A stretch of DNA of 33,233 nucleotides from Planctomycetota bacterium. GTDB lineage: Bacteria > Planctomycetota > Phycisphaerae > UBA1845. A model generated the notes under the pieces. That model searched no databases. It saw only the letters and a list, made by a program, of their open reading frames with translations, and had not been told where the DNA came from. The number at the start of each line of letters is the position of its first letter. Within the stretch, counting starts at the first letter, position 1. The stretch lies in NCBI GenBank assembly GCA_022563615.1, contig JADFMZ010000001.1, positions 1 through 33,233 on the forward strand, written 5' to 3'. Position numbers and translations under genes: made by a program. This document shows, one piece after another, positions 32,561 to 33,233 of the stretch.

Positions 32561-32798
32561 GAAGCGTGTCGGTGGGGTTGTATTCGGTTGACTGCCAGTG
32601 TAGTCGGCCGTCACCGAAACGGCTCGGTTTTCGAGCGGACATGAACAGGAGGTTCGTTCGCTTCGGCGTTCTGATAGCGCCGGGTGAACCCACGCCCGGC
32701 GGCGTCAGGCCAGCCGGGGAACCTCAGACCATTTGGGGGGGAAAGAACCCATCCGGCAACGTGCCTGCGAAAGCAGGTGCGAGGCCGGATGTTTTTTT
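32561..32798 (+). ncRNA. Candidate structured small RNA of unknown family (promoter-to-terminator unit of about 240 nt)
   Basis: The unit is bounded by the promoter above and an intrinsic terminator. It contains several GC-rich hairpins (gccgt-caccgaa-acggc, cgccggg...cccggcg, cgc-ttcg-gcg) and a G7 run. The overlapping ORFs have no protein-like features. The next gene is convergent, so this is not a 5-prime leader. Confidence 0.5.
32750..32798 (+). terminator. Rho-independent terminator
   Basis: The outer stem is catccggc / gccggatg. It encloses the inner hairpin cctgc-gaaa-gcagg and is followed by seven T (32792-32798). Confidence 0.75.
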
Positions 32799-32836
32799 GG
32801 GGCGAGCGCATTCGCACCGTTGGAAGCACGCCCCGT

Positions 32837-33233
32837 CTACGCAAGCCCCGCCAGCCGCTCAATCGTCTTGACCAACGCCTGCGTACCCTCCCGCCCCTCA
32901 CCGGCGGCCTGATTGGCTGTTAGAAGCTGTTGCACCAGCGATGTACCGGGAAGAGGAAGGGACCGCTCGAACGCAGCCGCCAACGCAATACGCAGGTCTT
33001 TCTGCTGAAGATCGACCATAAACATCGGCTCGAAGTCCCTCGAAAGCATCTTGGGGCCTAGATGCTCCAGCGCCCAGGAGCCGGCGGCGCCCTTCGACAC
33101 GGCTTGAAGCATCGTCTCGGGATCCAACCCCACTCGCCGGGCAAATGCAACGGCCTCGCTCACCCCAAGAGGTTCAATCCGCACAGGATCTGATTGCACA
33201 GCTTGGTGAGCTGCCCGTTTCCCACCGGTCCGC
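32837..33233 (-). CDS. 3-hydroxyisobutyrate/6-phosphogluconate dehydrogenase-family NAD-binding protein, C-terminal part (truncated by the window; apparent frameshift near 33163-33166)
   Basis: The C-terminal domain pattern is VSEAVAFARRVGLDPETMLQAVSKGAAGSWALE...KDLRIAL. The expected preceding helix GPVGNGQLTKLCNQILCGLNLLG is encoded in a different frame at 33163-33231. Confidence 0.7.
   Translation of the reverse strand, partial: RTGGKRAAHQAVQSDPVRIEPLGVSEAVAFARRVGLDPETMLQAVSKGAAGSWALEHLGPKMLSRDFEPMFMVDLQQKDLRIALAAAFERSLPLPGTSLVQQLLTANQAAGEGREGTQALVKTIERLAGLA

Noticed and set aside
32561-32798. Assigning the candidate sRNA to tmRNA, SRP RNA, RNase P RNA, 6S RNA or tRNA-Sec.
   Set aside because: There is no T-arm (GGTTCGA-type) or CCA-proximal acceptor pairing for tmRNA or tRNA. 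The SRP domain IV motif GGAAG..AGCAGC is absent, as is GAGGAAAGTCC of RNase P, and the transcript is too short for RNase P. The 5-prime and 3-prime ends do not pair into the long interrupted helix expected of 6S. It is left as an unknown family.
1-33233. Search by eye for CRISPR arrays, rRNA, tRNA (T-loop GGTTCGAATCC-type motifs), transposases, integrases and phage genes.
   Set aside because: None found. The only ttcgaa-type hits are inside coding sequence or lack complementary stems.

Overview
This is a high-G+C bacterial chromosomal segment, densely packed with mostly plus-strand housekeeping and envelope genes. The gene content suggests a Planctomycetota/PVC-type organism, though that is inference: an H-x9-DG type pseudopilin, an HU with a lysine-rich N-terminal tail, lpxK and a gmhB-like gene, and an HDOD sensor kinase. 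Gene order: mnmG; a two-component cluster (HTH-REC regulator, HDOD-GAF-histidine kinase, atypical receiver); a Cys-rich secreted protein; a polysaccharide cluster (Wzx-like flippase, sulfotransferase, secreted unknown, GT4 glycosyltransferase); a Memo-like protein with a PqqD-like N-terminal extension; lpxK, an FAD oxidoreductase, an aldo/keto reductase and a GmhB-like phosphatase; HU; a B12-binding-like protein; rnr, trpS, scpA and a RidA-family gene; an outer-membrane beta-barrel; and a pseudopilin. The most unusual locus follows. It is an HMA-like plus thioredoxin-like reading frame interrupted only by two in-frame TGA codons, exactly where the CxxC motif is expected (candidate UxxU selenoprotein, 27897-28640). 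After it come an A/T-richer minus-strand islet with a four-gene RHH / unknown / HicB / HicA cassette, a ClC channel gene, an orphan promoter-to-terminator unit likely encoding a roughly 240-nt structured RNA, and a window-truncated, apparently frameshifted 3-hydroxyisobutyrate-dehydrogenase-family gene. A modular palindromic intergenic repeat occurs at least three times. I saw no rRNA, tRNA, CRISPR array, transposase or integrase. Coordinates of non-ORF features were counted by hand and may be off by 1-2 nt.
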